A stretch of 64,000 nt of DNA from an uncultured Anaerolineae bacterium (GTDB taxonomy: Bacteria; Chloroflexota; Anaerolineae; Fen-1058), in NCBI GenBank assembly GCA_964651475.1, contig CAZYXV010000012.1, positions 1 to 64,000 of the forward strand, given 5' to 3'. Shown piece after piece: positions 36,478 through 47,054 of the stretch (the first letter of the stretch is position 1; every line of letters begins with the position of its first letter). The notes beneath the pieces were generated by a model. The model was given only the letters and a program-made list of their open reading frames with translations, had not been told where the DNA came from and searched no databases. The position numbers were made by a program, and so were the translations under genes.

Positions 36478-36978
36478 CTATTTGGCCGCGTTGGGTTCTT
36501 CTTCGGTGGGCGGAGCGGGCGAAACGCGAGCCGCGTGCTCTTGCCGCACGCGAGCGACGCCGTTGTTGACCTCGTTGAGCGCGCGTTCCAGGTCTTGCCC
36601 GAGCTGGGTCAGCACTTGCAGCACGTACTCGTCGGCGTCGGCGCGCAGCGATTCGGCGTCGGCGCGCGCGCGTTCCAAAATCGTGTCGGCCCGGGCCTGG
36701 GCTGCTTTGGCGATTTCGTGCTGGTCGGCCATGTTGGCGACCTGCTCGCGAGACAACTCGACAATCCGCGCCGCTTCTTCGTGCGCCTGCGCCAGGATGC
36801 GATCGCGTTCTTGATTGGTGCGTTTGGCGCGTTTGACTTCTTCGGGAATGGCGATGCGCATCTGGTCAATGATATCCCACATTTTCTGCTCGTCTACCAT
36901 GACCTTGTTGCTGAGCGGCAAGCGCCGGCCCTCATTGATCAATGCTTCCAGGCGATCTACCAGGTGCAAAATATCCAT
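36478..36978 (-). CDS. Hypothetical coiled-coil protein (Ala/Glu/Arg-rich)
   Basis: 166 aa, no Cys, helical heptad pattern. Not YceD/DUF177 despite its position upstream of rpmF. Confidence 0.5.
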   Translation of the reverse strand: MDILHLVDRLEALINEGRRLPLSNKVMVDEQKMWDIIDQMRIAIPEEVKRAKRTNQERDRILAQAHEEAARIVELSREQVANMADQHEIAKAAQARADTILERARADAESLRADADEYVLQVLTQLGQDLERALNEVNNGVARVRQEHAARVSPAPPTEEEPNAAK

Positions 36979-37034
36979 CAGCCCACCTCCGTCTCATTGA
37001 AAAGCAAGGATTGGAGCTTGCAAGTCAACGCGCC

Positions 37035-37562
37035 TCAGTCGCGCAGAGAGACAATGTTGACTTTTCCGCTGGCCTCGGCGCCCAAGCTCGTAAATTTTCT
37101 GGCCAGAGCAGTGACAACGTGTGGGGGGGCCATTCCTTCTACATTGCCGCCGTTGGAAAAAATCTCCTTGACCACGCTCGAACTCAAGAACGAATATTCC
37201 TGGCAGGCCATCAGGCAAACCGTGTCTATGTCTGGCATCAGGCGGCGGTTGGTGACGGCCAACTGAAATTCCCACTCAAAATCCGAAAGCACGCGCAGGC
37301 CGCGCACAATGACCTTGGCGCCGCTCTTGCGGGCAAATTCAATCGTAAGTCCATGATACAACTCAACCACGACATTTGGCAAATGCGCCAGAGCCTGCTG
37401 TGTCATCTCCATGCGTTCTTGTGGCGAGAAGAGCAAGTTTTTCAGGGGCCGGTCGTATACGGCCACGATCAGCTTGTCGAATATAAGCGCCGCTCGCTCG
37501 GCAATGTCAATGTGCCCATTCGTCACGGGATCGAATGTTGCGGGATAGATTGCTGTTGTCAA
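37035..37562 (-). CDS. coaD: Phosphopantetheine adenylyltransferase (TTG start)
   Basis: (M)TTAIYPATFDPVTNGHIDI... with RBS aggagaa 7 nt upstream of TTG. T/HxGH nucleotidyltransferase motif. Confidence 0.9.
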   Translation of the reverse strand: MTTAIYPATFDPVTNGHIDIAERAALIFDKLIVAVYDRPLKNLLFSPQERMEMTQQALAHLPNVVVELYHGLTIEFARKSGAKVIVRGLRVLSDFEWEFQLAVTNRRLMPDIDTVCLMACQEYSFLSSSVVKEIFSNGGNVEGMAPPHVVTALARKFTSLGAEASGKVNIVSLRD

Positions 37563-37591
37563 AGATGTTCTCCTGGTGAATGAGGCGGCGG

Positions 37592-40108
37592 TTAACTCGC
37601 GTCTCCCTCGCCGCTCCAGAAACGTGTTACACGCTCGGCCAATAACTGGTTTTCGGGTGATGTGAGATTCGGGTCGGCTTTGCATAACTCTTGAGCCTGG
37701 GCGCGCGCCAGCTCGAGGAGTTTGACGTCTGTAATGTTTGCCAGGCGCAGGTCGGGCAGCCCGCTCTGGCGTGTGCCGAAAAACTCGCCCGGGCCGCGCA
37801 ATTCCAGATCTTTTTCGGCCAGCTTGAAGCCGTCGTCGGTCGTCTCGATGGCGTGCAGTCGTTCGTCGCTGGCGGCGTTGCTCGAATCGGCCAGCAGCAA
37901 GCAATACGCTGGCGCCGGTCCGCGCCCCACGCGACCCCGAAACTGGTGCAGTTGCGATAGTCCAAAGCGGTTGGCGCCCTCAACCAGCATGACGGTGGCG
38001 TTGGGCACGTCAATGCCAACCTCGACCACGGAGGTAGACACCAACACGTCGAGTTCGCCGCGCGCAAACTGGCCCATGGTAGCTTCTTTGTCTTCGCTCT
38101 TCATGCGGCCATGCAGCAGCCCTAATCGCAATGAAGGAAACACGTTTTTCTTCAACCGCTCGTATTCGTCAACGGCGGCCTTGACTTCCAAATCGCGCGC
38201 CCTCAGTTTTTCGGATTCTTCGACCAGCGGGCAGATGATGAATGCCTGGTGATGTTGGGCGATTTGTGCCCTGATGAAATTATAGGCCCGTTCGCGCTCG
38301 GTGGGAAACAGCCAGTGGGTTTCGATTTTTTGGCGGCCAGGCGGCATTTCGTCAATGATCGAAAGATCGAGGTCGCCGTACAGGGTGAGAGCGAGTGTCC
38401 TGGGAATGGGCGTGGCGGTCATCACCAACATGTGGGGCAGGCAGCCTTGCGAAGTGTGGCGCAGGGCAGCGCGTTGCTGAACGCCGAAACGATGCTGCTC
38501 GTCAATAATCACCAATCCCAAATTGTGAAAGGCTACGCCGGCTTGAATCAGGGCGTGCGTGCCAACGACCACGTGGATTGTGCCATCGGCCAGGCCAGCG
38601 TAAACCTGTTCTTTTTCGGCTTCCGGTGTGCTGCCGGTCAGCAAGCGAAGGGTATGGGAGGAAAGATTGGACATTGAAGATGGAACCTCGTTGGCTGGCG
38701 CTTGGCCGTCAGTGGTCAAGATGTTTGTCAGGGTCTTGAAGTGCTGCTCGGCCAGGATTTCAGTTGGCGCCATCATGGCCACCTGCACGCCTGCCGCTAC
38801 CGCTGCTGCCGCCGCTGTTGCGGCAACGACAGTCTTGCCCGATCCTACGTCTCCTTGCAGCAGGCGATTCATCGGCGCAGTTTTTCTGACGTCGGCGAGG
38901 ATCTCGTTGACGGCGCGTTGCTGCGCGCCGGTCAGTGGGAAGGGCAGGCTGCCCAAGAATTGTTCGATGACGGTCGGGTCATATTCTAATGCCCGGCCGG
39001 GTTCGGCCTGCCAGGCGCGCCGCTGCACAAGCACGCCCACCTGGATTAGAAACAACTCGTCAAAAGCCAGCCGCTGGCGCGCGCGTTCCAGGTCGTTCCA
39101 ATCGTTAGGAAAGTGGATGTGTTTGAGGGCCGTGTTCAGGTTGACCAGTTGGGCCGACTCGATCACGCGCGCCGGCAGGTGATCAACGATGCGCGGCGCC
39201 CAATAATCTATGGTGCGTTTCATGAGCCTGCGCAGCCAGCGATTGCTGATGCCTTCCGTGAGCGGATAGATGGGGACGAGGCGGGCCGTGTGCAACAACT
39301 CTTTGTCGAGCGGCTCCCACTCTGGATTTTGAAATGTCAGCCGCCCCTGGTATTCTTCCACCTGGCCGCTGACGACGATTTGCATGCCGCGCGTGAGTTT
39401 GTCCAGCAAATACGCCTGGTTGAACCACGTACACTGGATCGTGCCCGAATCGTCGCTGAGGACGGCCTGGACAAGCTGGGCGCCGCCGCGCGTCCGGCGC
39501 AAACTGGCTTCCCATATCGTGGCCATAATGGTGACGTCTTCGCCGTATTCTAGCTGGCTGATGAGCTTGAGGCGGCGAAAGTCGTCGTAACGGCGTGGGT
39601 ATAGCTGTACCAGGTCGCGGATGGTCGTCACGCCCAGCCGTTTGAATTTGTCTGCATAGCCGGTGTTGATGCCAGACAGCGCCGTGATGGGCGCACCTAA
39701 TCCGAGCCGCTCGGCGGCGGCGCCTCTGGGTTTGGCTGGCGCTGTCCGGACGCGGCTCGCCCCGGGCTCGGTATCGGAATCGGGTTGCCCTGCATAGCCG
39801 TGGGGCGCATTGGCCTCGGCTTCCACTTTGAGCGGGGGCGGGGGGGGGCTTGCTTCCAAAAGGTGAGCAAGCGTCGCCTGTATTTGCTCGACCCGCGTTT
39901 GGCGAACGGCGCGCTCTTCCAGGGTTTTGTACGCGCGCAAAAATGACGCGACCTCTGCCGCCGCGACGGCTGCCTCGCCGGTCAGTTGCGCTGCCTCGTG
40001 TTCCCAGTGCTCGGCCATGCGTTCCAGCCCGCCGATCACAGCCCGGTCACGGTAGCCTTGCTCGGCTTCCAGTTTCAAAATTTTTAACAGTCTGTCTGTA
40101 ATGTCCAT
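37592..40108 (-). CDS. recG: ATP-dependent DNA helicase RecG
   Basis: 838 aa with wedge domain, helicase motifs (GDVGSGKT, DEQHRFG), a TRG motif region and Pro-rich N-terminal insert. Conserved position next to coaD. Confidence 0.95.
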   Translation of the reverse strand: MDITDRLLKILKLEAEQGYRDRAVIGGLERMAEHWEHEAAQLTGEAAVAAAEVASFLRAYKTLEERAVRQTRVEQIQATLAHLLEASPPPPPLKVEAEANAPHGYAGQPDSDTEPGASRVRTAPAKPRGAAAERLGLGAPITALSGINTGYADKFKRLGVTTIRDLVQLYPRRYDDFRRLKLISQLEYGEDVTIMATIWEASLRRTRGGAQLVQAVLSDDSGTIQCTWFNQAYLLDKLTRGMQIVVSGQVEEYQGRLTFQNPEWEPLDKELLHTARLVPIYPLTEGISNRWLRRLMKRTIDYWAPRIVDHLPARVIESAQLVNLNTALKHIHFPNDWNDLERARQRLAFDELFLIQVGVLVQRRAWQAEPGRALEYDPTVIEQFLGSLPFPLTGAQQRAVNEILADVRKTAPMNRLLQGDVGSGKTVVAATAAAAAVAAGVQVAMMAPTEILAEQHFKTLTNILTTDGQAPANEVPSSMSNLSSHTLRLLTGSTPEAEKEQVYAGLADGTIHVVVGTHALIQAGVAFHNLGLVIIDEQHRFGVQQRAALRHTSQGCLPHMLVMTATPIPRTLALTLYGDLDLSIIDEMPPGRQKIETHWLFPTERERAYNFIRAQIAQHHQAFIICPLVEESEKLRARDLEVKAAVDEYERLKKNVFPSLRLGLLHGRMKSEDKEATMGQFARGELDVLVSTSVVEVGIDVPNATVMLVEGANRFGLSQLHQFRGRVGRGPAPAYCLLLADSSNAASDERLHAIETTDDGFKLAEKDLELRGPGEFFGTRQSGLPDLRLANITDVKLLELARAQAQELCKADPNLTSPENQLLAERVTRFWSGEGDAS

Positions 40109-40164
40109 ACTGCGGCCTCCCGCCGCATGTTTGTAGCCAGCTCGTACAAGGGGTTGGTGAGCGC

Positions 40165-41007
40165 TTACTTGCCTCTGGCGACGGCCGCTAATCCGACCCC
40201 ATTGGGACCGACGTGTACTCCTATTGTCGGCGTGACCTCGACGATGGGTATGTATGTGCCTGGCACAAGCTGTCTGAATGATTCGGCCAACGCGGCGGCG
40301 GCGGGCGCGGCCGTTGTATGCATGACGGCCAGCGATTCCAGTTTGCCCAGGCCGGCGGCCATTTCGCCCAGACGCGCCCAGGAACGCGCCCGGGTGCGGA
40401 CGCGGTCCACCAGATCAACCGTGCCCTGATACAACCGTATCATAGGCTTGATGTTTAATACCTGCCCGATGAATGCCTTGGCCCATCCCACGCGCCCGCT
40501 GCGCCGCAAAAACTCGAGCGTGTCTAGCGCGGCGAATACGTAGACGCGCTCTTGCATCCCATCCAGCACGTTGATAATGTGCGCCAGGCTTGCCCCCGCG
40601 CGCGCCGCGCGCGCCGCGGCAATCGCCTGCCAGCCCAGTCCCATCGAAGTCGAGCGAGAGTCGTACACCGTCACGCGCACGCCGGGTATTCCCTGGCCGC
40701 CCAGGCGCGCCGCGTTGCACATGGTGCTCAGCGCAGCCGCCACGTGAATGGATAGGACCTCGTCGCCTGGCTGCGCGACGCCCCGGAACGTTTCTTCAAA
40801 TGTGCCCGAGCCGGGCGCGGCTGTGGTGGGCAACGGCGCGTTGCGCTCTGCCGCCAGGCGCGCGTAAAATTGCTCCCGTGTGATGGTGACGCCATCCACG
40901 AAACCCTGCGCGCCGAACATGATGAAACACGGCACCACCGTGATGTTTAATTCGGATACAAGTTCGGGGGGAATATCCGCCGTGCTATCGGTGACGATGT
41001 GAATCAT
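40165..41007 (-). CDS. DegV-family fatty-acid-binding protein (paralog 1)
   Basis: MIHIVTDSTADIPPEL... DegV signature. 280 aa. Confidence 0.9.
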   Translation of the reverse strand: MIHIVTDSTADIPPELVSELNITVVPCFIMFGAQGFVDGVTITREQFYARLAAERNAPLPTTAAPGSGTFEETFRGVAQPGDEVLSIHVAAALSTMCNAARLGGQGIPGVRVTVYDSRSTSMGLGWQAIAAARAARAGASLAHIINVLDGMQERVYVFAALDTLEFLRRSGRVGWAKAFIGQVLNIKPMIRLYQGTVDLVDRVRTRARSWARLGEMAAGLGKLESLAVMHTTAAPAAAALAESFRQLVPGTYIPIVEVTPTIGVHVGPNGVGLAAVARGK

Positions 41008-41013
41008 GCACGT

Positions 41014-41868
41014 TTACCCAAGCCCTTCGTAGACGACGATGCCTAGCCCATCTGGCCCGATGTCACATCCCAGGGCCGGGCCGTAGCGCATGACGGGGTA
41101 GGTGTAGTGAGGGCAATTTAACGTCAACCGATCCAACAGCAATTGGGTGTCTTCTGGCAGGGTGCTGGCGCCGTGCAAGATAGTGACGAGTTCAATGCGT
41201 GTAAACTCGGACACGAACTCGACGAGCTTGTCTATGGCTCTCTCGCGCGTGCGCACTTTTTCCATGGGGATGATTTGTCCATCCTCAATGGTGAGAAACG
41301 GCTTGATGCCCAGCATCGTTCCCAGAATGGCTTGCGATTTGCCGATGCGTCCGCTGTGTTCCAGGCAATTCAGCGAGCGCGTAAAGAACACCGTATAGAT
41401 GTGTGGAATCATGCCGCGCATCATCCTGACGATATCGTCCAAGGACTCGCCGCGTTGCGCGGCCTGGGCTGCGGCCTCGACCAGGATGCTCAGCCCCACC
41501 GAGGTGGTTGAAGAATCCACCACGATGATCTTGCTGCGCCCCAGGTAATCGGAGGCGGCTGCCTGAGCGCGCTCCACCACCTCGCCCAACTTGCTCGACA
41601 TGTGGATAGACAGGATTTGGTCGGTGCTGCGCAAAATTTCGCTGTACAGGCCCCGAAAGTCTTCCAACACCGGCGCGCGATAAAAAGGATGGTGCTGGCC
41701 TTCTACCAGCCGTTCAAAAAATTCGTCTTCCGATAGATTCACCCCATCGGTAAAGAATTCCGGTCCAAACTTGATGACGAGTGGCATGACCGTAATGCCC
41801 AATGCCGCCGGTGTAGCCGGATTGGTAAAGTGCGCTGCGCTATCAGTGACAATATGAACTTTACCCAC
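41014..41868 (-). CDS. DegV-family fatty-acid-binding protein (paralog 2)
   Basis: MGKVHIVTDSAAHFTNP... 284 aa. Tandem with paralog 1, 6-nt intergenic gap. Confidence 0.9.
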   Translation of the reverse strand: MGKVHIVTDSAAHFTNPATPAALGITVMPLVIKFGPEFFTDGVNLSEDEFFERLVEGQHHPFYRAPVLEDFRGLYSEILRSTDQILSIHMSSKLGEVVERAQAAASDYLGRSKIIVVDSSTTSVGLSILVEAAAQAAQRGESLDDIVRMMRGMIPHIYTVFFTRSLNCLEHSGRIGKSQAILGTMLGIKPFLTIEDGQIIPMEKVRTRERAIDKLVEFVSEFTRIELVTILHGASTLPEDTQLLLDRLTLNCPHYTYPVMRYGPALGCDIGPDGLGIVVYEGLG

Positions 41869-41890
41869 GAACTGCTCTCCTCACGTGTGT

Positions 41891-43591
41891 CTATTCTGCG
41901 CTCAAGATGTAATGGTAGTGAGGTTGCCCGCCTTCGACTACTTCTACCTCTTGGGATGGAAACCGTTCGCGGATGGCTTTGGCCAACGCTTCGGCTTGCT
42001 GGCTGGAAATCTCCTCGCCGTAGTATAGCGTGACGATTTCACGTGATTGCACGTTCATCTGATCTAACAGTTGCCAGACAACTTGTTCGACAGTGTGCCC
42101 GGAGGCGCTCAGGTTGTCATCCAGCAGGCCGATGATTTGGCCGGCGTTTACCTGGAGGCCATTGATTTCAATGGCGCGCGTGGCAACCGTCACTTCGCCG
42201 GTTTGAACGTTGTTCGCCGCCGTCTCCATGGCCGTTATATTGGCCGGCATATCCATCTGGATATTGAACGCCAGTTGCGCCGCGATGCCCTGGGGAATGC
42301 TGCGCGTCGGCACAACCTGCACGTGTTTGGGCGATAACTCGGCGGCCTGGCGCGCTGTCATCACCACGTTGCCATTGTTAGGCAAGAGGATGACGCGCTC
42401 GGTGGGCAAGGTTTCGATGGCCTGCAAGAATTGCTCTGTGCTGGGGTTCATCGTTTGACCGCCCGGGATCACCACGCTCGCGCCCAGGCTGCTGAACACG
42501 CGCGCGAGGCCGTTGCCCGGCGCCACGGTGATGGTGGCAATTTGGCCTGGCTCGATGGTCGCCGGCGGCGCGATGACGGGCGCTTCAGTGCGTCCCATAA
42601 TATATTCCTGGTATTGAGCTTGCATATCCTCGACGACCACGTCGCGCAAACTGCCCAGCTTGACGCCATAACTGATGGGCACGCCAGGATCGGGGACGTG
42701 AATGTGTACCTTGACGATCTCCGAGTCGCCGACAATCAAGGCCGACTGGCCCATAGCGCTGATTGTCTCGCGCACGGTGCTCACGTCTAGCTTGTGGCCG
42801 ACGATGATAAATTGCACGTCATAGCCATAGCCTTCCGCCTCCAACATCCCGATGGGTTGGGCGGGCTGCGGCTCGCGAGCGGCCGGTAAATCTACGGATA
42901 CTGCGAGTGTCTGATCAATGTCAACGGTTTCGCCGAGCAGATAACGCAACATACCCTCCAGGATAATAAAATAGCCTTGCCCCCCGGCGTCCACCACGCC
43001 GGCTTGTTTGAGAATGGGCAACTGGGTGGGGGTGCGGGCCACGGCCTCTTTGCCGCGCGCGACCATAGTTTCCAAAATGAGCACCAGGTCATCCGTGCCT
43101 TGAGCGGCATCGCTGCACGCCTTGGCTATTTCGTCCGCCACAGTCAGAATCGTGCCTTCCACCGGCTTGACGACGCCTTTGTAGGCGGTATCGGATCCTT
43201 CGCGCAGCGCGCGCGCCATGTCGTTGGCCGTCAGCACGCGGATGTCGCTTAGAGCGCGCGCAAATCCGCGCCAGAGCTGTGAAAGAATCACGCCGGAATT
43301 GCCGCGCGCGCCCATCAACGCGCCGTGTGCTACGGCGTGCGCCAGCCGCCCGATGTGATCTTCGGGCGAATGTTCGATTTCGGCCCAGGCAGACTGCATG
43401 GTCAATAACATGTTCGTTCCCGTGTCGCCATCGGGCACAGGAAAAACATTCAGCGCGTTGATGGCCTGTTGATGGTGGCGCAGCCAGCTCAGCGAGGCTT
43501 TGACCAGTCGCTTTAGCCCCTGGCCACTCACGGTCAATAATGGGCCTCGTGTGCGGCGCTCGCGCGCAGGGTGATACTGATCGGTCACCGT
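41891..43591 (-). CDS. yloV: DAK2-domain fusion protein YloV
   Basis: About 566 aa. N-terminal DAK2 (dihydroxyacetone kinase L-like) domain with PVPDGDTGTNM, plus a C-terminal DegV-like/YloV-specific domain. Start is GTG or TTG with ggggaggg RBS (ORF extends to 43603). Confidence 0.9.
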   Translation of the reverse strand, partial: TVTDQYHPARERRTRGPLLTVSGQGLKRLVKASLSWLRHHQQAINALNVFPVPDGDTGTNMLLTMQSAWAEIEHSPEDHIGRLAHAVAHGALMGARGNSGVILSQLWRGFARALSDIRVLTANDMARALREGSDTAYKGVVKPVEGTILTVADEIAKACSDAAQGTDDLVLILETMVARGKEAVARTPTQLPILKQAGVVDAGGQGYFIILEGMLRYLLGETVDIDQTLAVSVDLPAAREPQPAQPIGMLEAEGYGYDVQFIIVGHKLDVSTVRETISAMGQSALIVGDSEIVKVHIHVPDPGVPISYGVKLGSLRDVVVEDMQAQYQEYIMGRTEAPVIAPPATIEPGQIATITVAPGNGLARVFSSLGASVVIPGGQTMNPSTEQFLQAIETLPTERVILLPNNGNVVMTARQAAELSPKHVQVVPTRSIPQGIAAQLAFNIQMDMPANITAMETAANNVQTGEVTVATRAIEINGLQVNAGQIIGLLDDNLSASGHTVEQVVWQLLDQMNVQSREIVTLYYGEEISSQQAEALAKAIRERFPSQEVEVVEGGQPHYHYILSAE

Positions 43592-43606
43592 GACCCTCCC
43601 CAATGT

Positions 43607-43960
43607 CTAATCCGGGTCGCTCACGCGCAAGCTTTGAACGTGAACGTTGACGCGTTCCACCGGGATGTCCAGGGCGCGTTCTACACTGTACTTGACGACA
43701 TTCATAATGCTGTGCGCCACCGACGAGATGCGCGTTCCATATTCAATGATGACGTAAATGTCAATGACAATCCGGTCATCCAAAAGGTGCACGTCAATGC
43801 CCTGAAAACTAGGCGGTTGGAACGCTTTCACCAGGCCGTCGGCGATATTCTTGGAGGCTAAACCCACCACGCCATACGAACTGACTACAGCGTGCTTGGC
43901 GATGGTCGCTACAGCATTTGGCGATATTTCAATTTTACCTAACCCCGTCTTTTCTGTCAT
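43607..43960 (-). CDS. yloU: Asp23/Gls24-family alkaline shock protein (YloU)
   Basis: 117 aa, GKIEISPNAVATIAKHAVVSSYGVVGL... Immediately upstream of yloV, as in the conserved yloU-yloV pair. Confidence 0.9.
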   Translation of the reverse strand: MTEKTGLGKIEISPNAVATIAKHAVVSSYGVVGLASKNIADGLVKAFQPPSFQGIDVHLLDDRIVIDIYVIIEYGTRISSVAHSIMNVVKYSVERALDIPVERVNVHVQSLRVSDPD

Positions 43961-44106
43961 AAGCTCCTCGCATCAGGCAGCGTGCAATCGGCTTTATACT
44001 ATTTACCCTGGCAGCCGGCCTACTTGCAGAAAACTCTGTTCTATGGTATTATCCGCCCGCTTGGCCGCAGGACTTGCGGCGAATGAACTTGTATGAGGTG
44101 ATGACA

Positions 44107-44289
44107 ATGGCAAAATGTGAATTGTGCGGCAAGGAGCCTCAATTTGGTCACAATGTTAGCCACTCCAAGCGCGCCACCAATCGGCAGTTCAAGCCCAACG
44201 TGCAAAAGCGGCTGATTGAAATTGGCGGGCAGCGCCGCCGCCGGTACGTGTGCGCTCAATGTTTGCGCACCCTCAACAAGGGCAAATAA
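44107..44289 (+). CDS. rpmB: 50S ribosomal protein L28
   Basis: MAKCELCGKEPQFGHNVSHSKRATNRQFKPNVQ... Divergent from yloU-yloV-recG, the conserved arrangement. Confidence 0.9.
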   Translation: MAKCELCGKEPQFGHNVSHSKRATNRQFKPNVQKRLIEIGGQRRRRYVCAQCLRTLNKGK

Positions 44290-44348
44290 TTTTTTGTTTG
44301 CGCCCTTGCAGATATGACGCGCCGGGCTACAAGCTCGGCGTGTTTCTT

Positions 44349-45029
44349 TTAAGATGCAAGCTTGACGCTGGATATAGCCGCCCGGAGGCGTTGAATGGAT
44401 GGCGCAATTCCCTCGCCTGCCGCAAACACCGCCGAGCCGGCCACCAGCACGCGCGCGCCGGCCGCCACTACGGCGGGAATGGTTTGCGGATTGATGCCGC
44501 CGTCCACTTCCAATTCCGCCGCGCTGCTAATCTGGTCGAGCATCGCGCGCACGCGCGCGATCTTGTTCACTATATTGTCAATGAACGCCTGGCCGCCAAA
44601 ACCAGGACTGACCGTCATCACCAGCAACAAATCAATGTCTTGCACGATCTCTTCAACCGTTCCCAAGGGCGTGGCGGGATTGAGTGACACGCCGGCGCGT
44701 GCCCCCAATTCGTGAATGTATTGGATGGTACGGTGCAGGTGCGGGCAAGCCTCGACGTGCACGGTGAGTATGTCTGCCCCAGCCCGAACAAAGCTTTCCA
44801 CATATCGTTCTGGCTCGATCATCATCAAGTGAACATCCAAGGGCAGTCGCGTCGAGCGGCGAGCCGCCTGCACAACTATCGGCCCGACAGTCAGATTGGG
44901 CACAAAACAACCATCCATCACATCCACGTGAATGTAATCCGCGCCAGCCACTTCGGCCTGGGCAATTTGATCGCCCAGATGGGCAAAATCGGCAGACAAG
45001 ATGGACGGCGCAAGCTTGATTTGTGGCAT
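44349..45029 (-). CDS. rpe: Ribulose-phosphate 3-epimerase
   Basis: 226 aa: [25 protein letters not shown] motifs. Confidence 0.95.
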   Translation of the reverse strand: MPQIKLAPSILSADFAHLGDQIAQAEVAGADYIHVDVMDGCFVPNLTVGPIVVQAARRSTRLPLDVHLMMIEPERYVESFVRAGADILTVHVEACPHLHRTIQYIHELGARAGVSLNPATPLGTVEEIVQDIDLLLVMTVSPGFGGQAFIDNIVNKIARVRAMLDQISSAAELEVDGGINPQTIPAVVAAGARVLVAGSAVFAAGEGIAPSIQRLRAAISSVKLAS

Positions 45030-45138
45030 TGGGGCAATGATACACTGCTATGCCCAAAAAAGCAAGGGTTTCTTGTGTATTTGTCTAAAAACAAATAACG
45101 TCAAACGATTTGTATAAAAAAGTGTATGGCGCCTGATT

Positions 45139-46230
45139 TCAGGCAGAATGATGGGCTGACTGGCTCGACTGCCGTAGTTGGCCGCAGCCGGCCTGAATAT
45201 CTATGCCGCGCCGCAGGCGCAAGGTGTTGGGAATGTGGGATTGTTCGAGGATAGCGCAAAATGCCTCGATGTGAGCCTGAGGAGAAGCCGCGCCGGCAAA
45301 ATCTGCCGTCGGGTTGAGGGGAATCAAATTGACGTGGCACAGTACGCCCTTGAGCAGGCGTACCAATGCCCGCGCCTGTTCGGGGGTGTCGTTGACGTTT
45401 TCAATCAGCGCCCACTCAAAACTGACGCGCCTGTGGGTTTGCCGGATGTACTCGCGCACAGTGTTCATCAACTCGGCTAGTGGGTAGCGCTGGTTGATGG
45501 GAACGAGCTTGTCGCGCAGTTCGTCTGTGGCGGCGTGCAGCGAGATAGCCAGATTAATTTGCATCTCCTCGCCGGCCAACCTTTCGATGCCAGGCGTCAG
45601 TCCCACCGTGCTCACCGTCATGCGCCGCGCGCCCAAGTTGAACCCCGCCGGATCGTTCAAGCGGCGCGCCGCTTGCATAAAATTATCATAGTTGGCAAGC
45701 GGCTCACCCATCCCCATAAAGACGACATTAGAGATGGGGCGTTGGGTGTTGGAGCGGGCAAAGTAAAGAACTTGCTCGACGATTTCACCGGAATCAAGAT
45801 TGCGCTGCAGCCCGCCCTGGCCGGTAGCGCAAAACGAGCATCCCATGCCGCAGCCGGCTTGCGTAGAGATGCAGGCGGTGCGCCGCCGCTCGTATTCCAT
45901 CAGCACGCTTTCGATGTGCGCGCCGTCGGGCAGTCGAAAGAGCAGCTTGCGTGTGCGACTATCCCCCGAAACTTGCTCGGCCACTGGCGAGAGGCGATTG
46001 AACACGAACGCGTCGTTCAGGCGGGCGCGCACGTCGTTGGGCAAATCGCTCATCTCGTTGAACGAGCCGGCTAGTTTTTGGTAGAGCCACGACCAGACCT
46101 GCCGGGCGCGATAAGTGGGCTGTCCCCATTCGGTCAGGTGCGTTGCCAGTTCTGTCGGCGACACGTCGAAAACCGATACGGCCTTTCCGGGCTGGCGCGC
46201 GCCAGAGTTCACGCCAGCGCCTCTTGCCAC
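45139..46230 (-). CDS. rlmN: 23S rRNA (adenine2503-C2)-methyltransferase RlmN (radical SAM)
   Basis: CISTQAGCGMGCSFCATGQ radical-SAM motif and conserved C-terminal Cys (GIDIQAGCGQL). The exact start is uncertain (the ORF overlaps the upstream gene by 22 nt; an internal GTG is possible). Confidence 0.9.
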   Translation of the reverse strand: MARGAGVNSGARQPGKAVSVFDVSPTELATHLTEWGQPTYRARQVWSWLYQKLAGSFNEMSDLPNDVRARLNDAFVFNRLSPVAEQVSGDSRTRKLLFRLPDGAHIESVLMEYERRRTACISTQAGCGMGCSFCATGQGGLQRNLDSGEIVEQVLYFARSNTQRPISNVVFMGMGEPLANYDNFMQAARRLNDPAGFNLGARRMTVSTVGLTPGIERLAGEEMQINLAISLHAATDELRDKLVPINQRYPLAELMNTVREYIRQTHRRVSFEWALIENVNDTPEQARALVRLLKGVLCHVNLIPLNPTADFAGAASPQAHIEAFCAILEQSHIPNTLRLRRGIDIQAGCGQLRQSSQSAHHSA

Positions 46231-47054
46231 ACGCGCGTCAACTCGGCGATGTTTTCAAAGATGAGATCAGGCTGGGCCGGGTAGCGTTCGGCCTCCTGGC
46301 GAGTGTGCACGCCGCTGCACACAAAGATTGTCATCAGGCCGGCCCGGTAGCCGCCTTCAATGTCGGTCTCCAGCCGGTCTCCAAGCATGGCTACCGATGT
46401 GGCATCCAATCCCACTCGCGCCAGCGCCTGGTCGAACATGGCCTTGCCGGGTTTGCCGATGATGAGCGGCTCGACGTCGGTTGCGGCTTGCAAAAAAGCC
46501 AGGTTGGCGCCGTTGCCCGGCAGCAGCCCGTCTTCGCTGGGCCAGGTGCGGTCGGCGTTGGTGCCCACGAATCGAGCGCCGCCACGAATCAACTGTGTGG
46601 CGCGCGCCAGCTTGTTCCAGGTCAGGTTGCGATTCCAGCCCACCACCACGGCATCGGCTTGCGCGGCGTCTTCAGGCACCACCACGAGTCCGCGCTCGGC
46701 GAGCGCATGTTCGAGCGGCGTTTCACCAATGACAAAGATGCGCGCGCCCGGCATAATAGTCGCCAGGTGTTCGGCGGTGACTTCTGCCGCGCACAAGATT
46801 TCTGCGCGGGATACCTGGACGCCCATGCCGGCCAGCCGCTGTACATAGTCCAACGACGTTTTGCTGGCATTATTGGTCGCCAGCGCGACGCGGATGTTTG
46901 CCTGGCGCAGGAAGGCGAAAAACTCGATCAGCCCTGGCATTGGCTCGCGGCCACGCCACAAGACGCCATCCATGTCCGAGATCAACCCCTGGATGTTGCG
47001 GAGGGCCAGAGCATACGATTGAGAATTAAAGGTCAAAGGTTGAACGTTAGTCAT
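46209..47054 (-). CDS. HAD-superfamily subfamily IIA hydrolase (NagD/YutF-like sugar phosphatase)
   Basis: LISDMDGVLWRG motif I. IIA-type cap and later motifs (ATNN, GKP, GDRLETD). Confidence 0.85.
   Translation of the reverse strand: MTNVQPLTFNSQSYALALRNIQGLISDMDGVLWRGREPMPGLIEFFAFLRQANIRVALATNNASKTSLDYVQRLAGMGVQVSRAEILCAAEVTAEHLATIMPGARIFVIGETPLEHALAERGLVVVPEDAAQADAVVVGWNRNLTWNKLARATQLIRGGARFVGTNADRTWPSEDGLLPGNGANLAFLQAATDVEPLIIGKPGKAMFDQALARVGLDATSVAMLGDRLETDIEGGYRAGLMTIFVCSGVHTRQEAERYPAQPDLIFENIAELTRVWQEALA

Noticed and set aside
36311-37583. Plus-strand ORFs 36311..36814, 36430..37266, 36942..37583
   Set aside because: Antisense to rpmF, the coiled-coil gene and coaD. GC-rich shadow ORFs.
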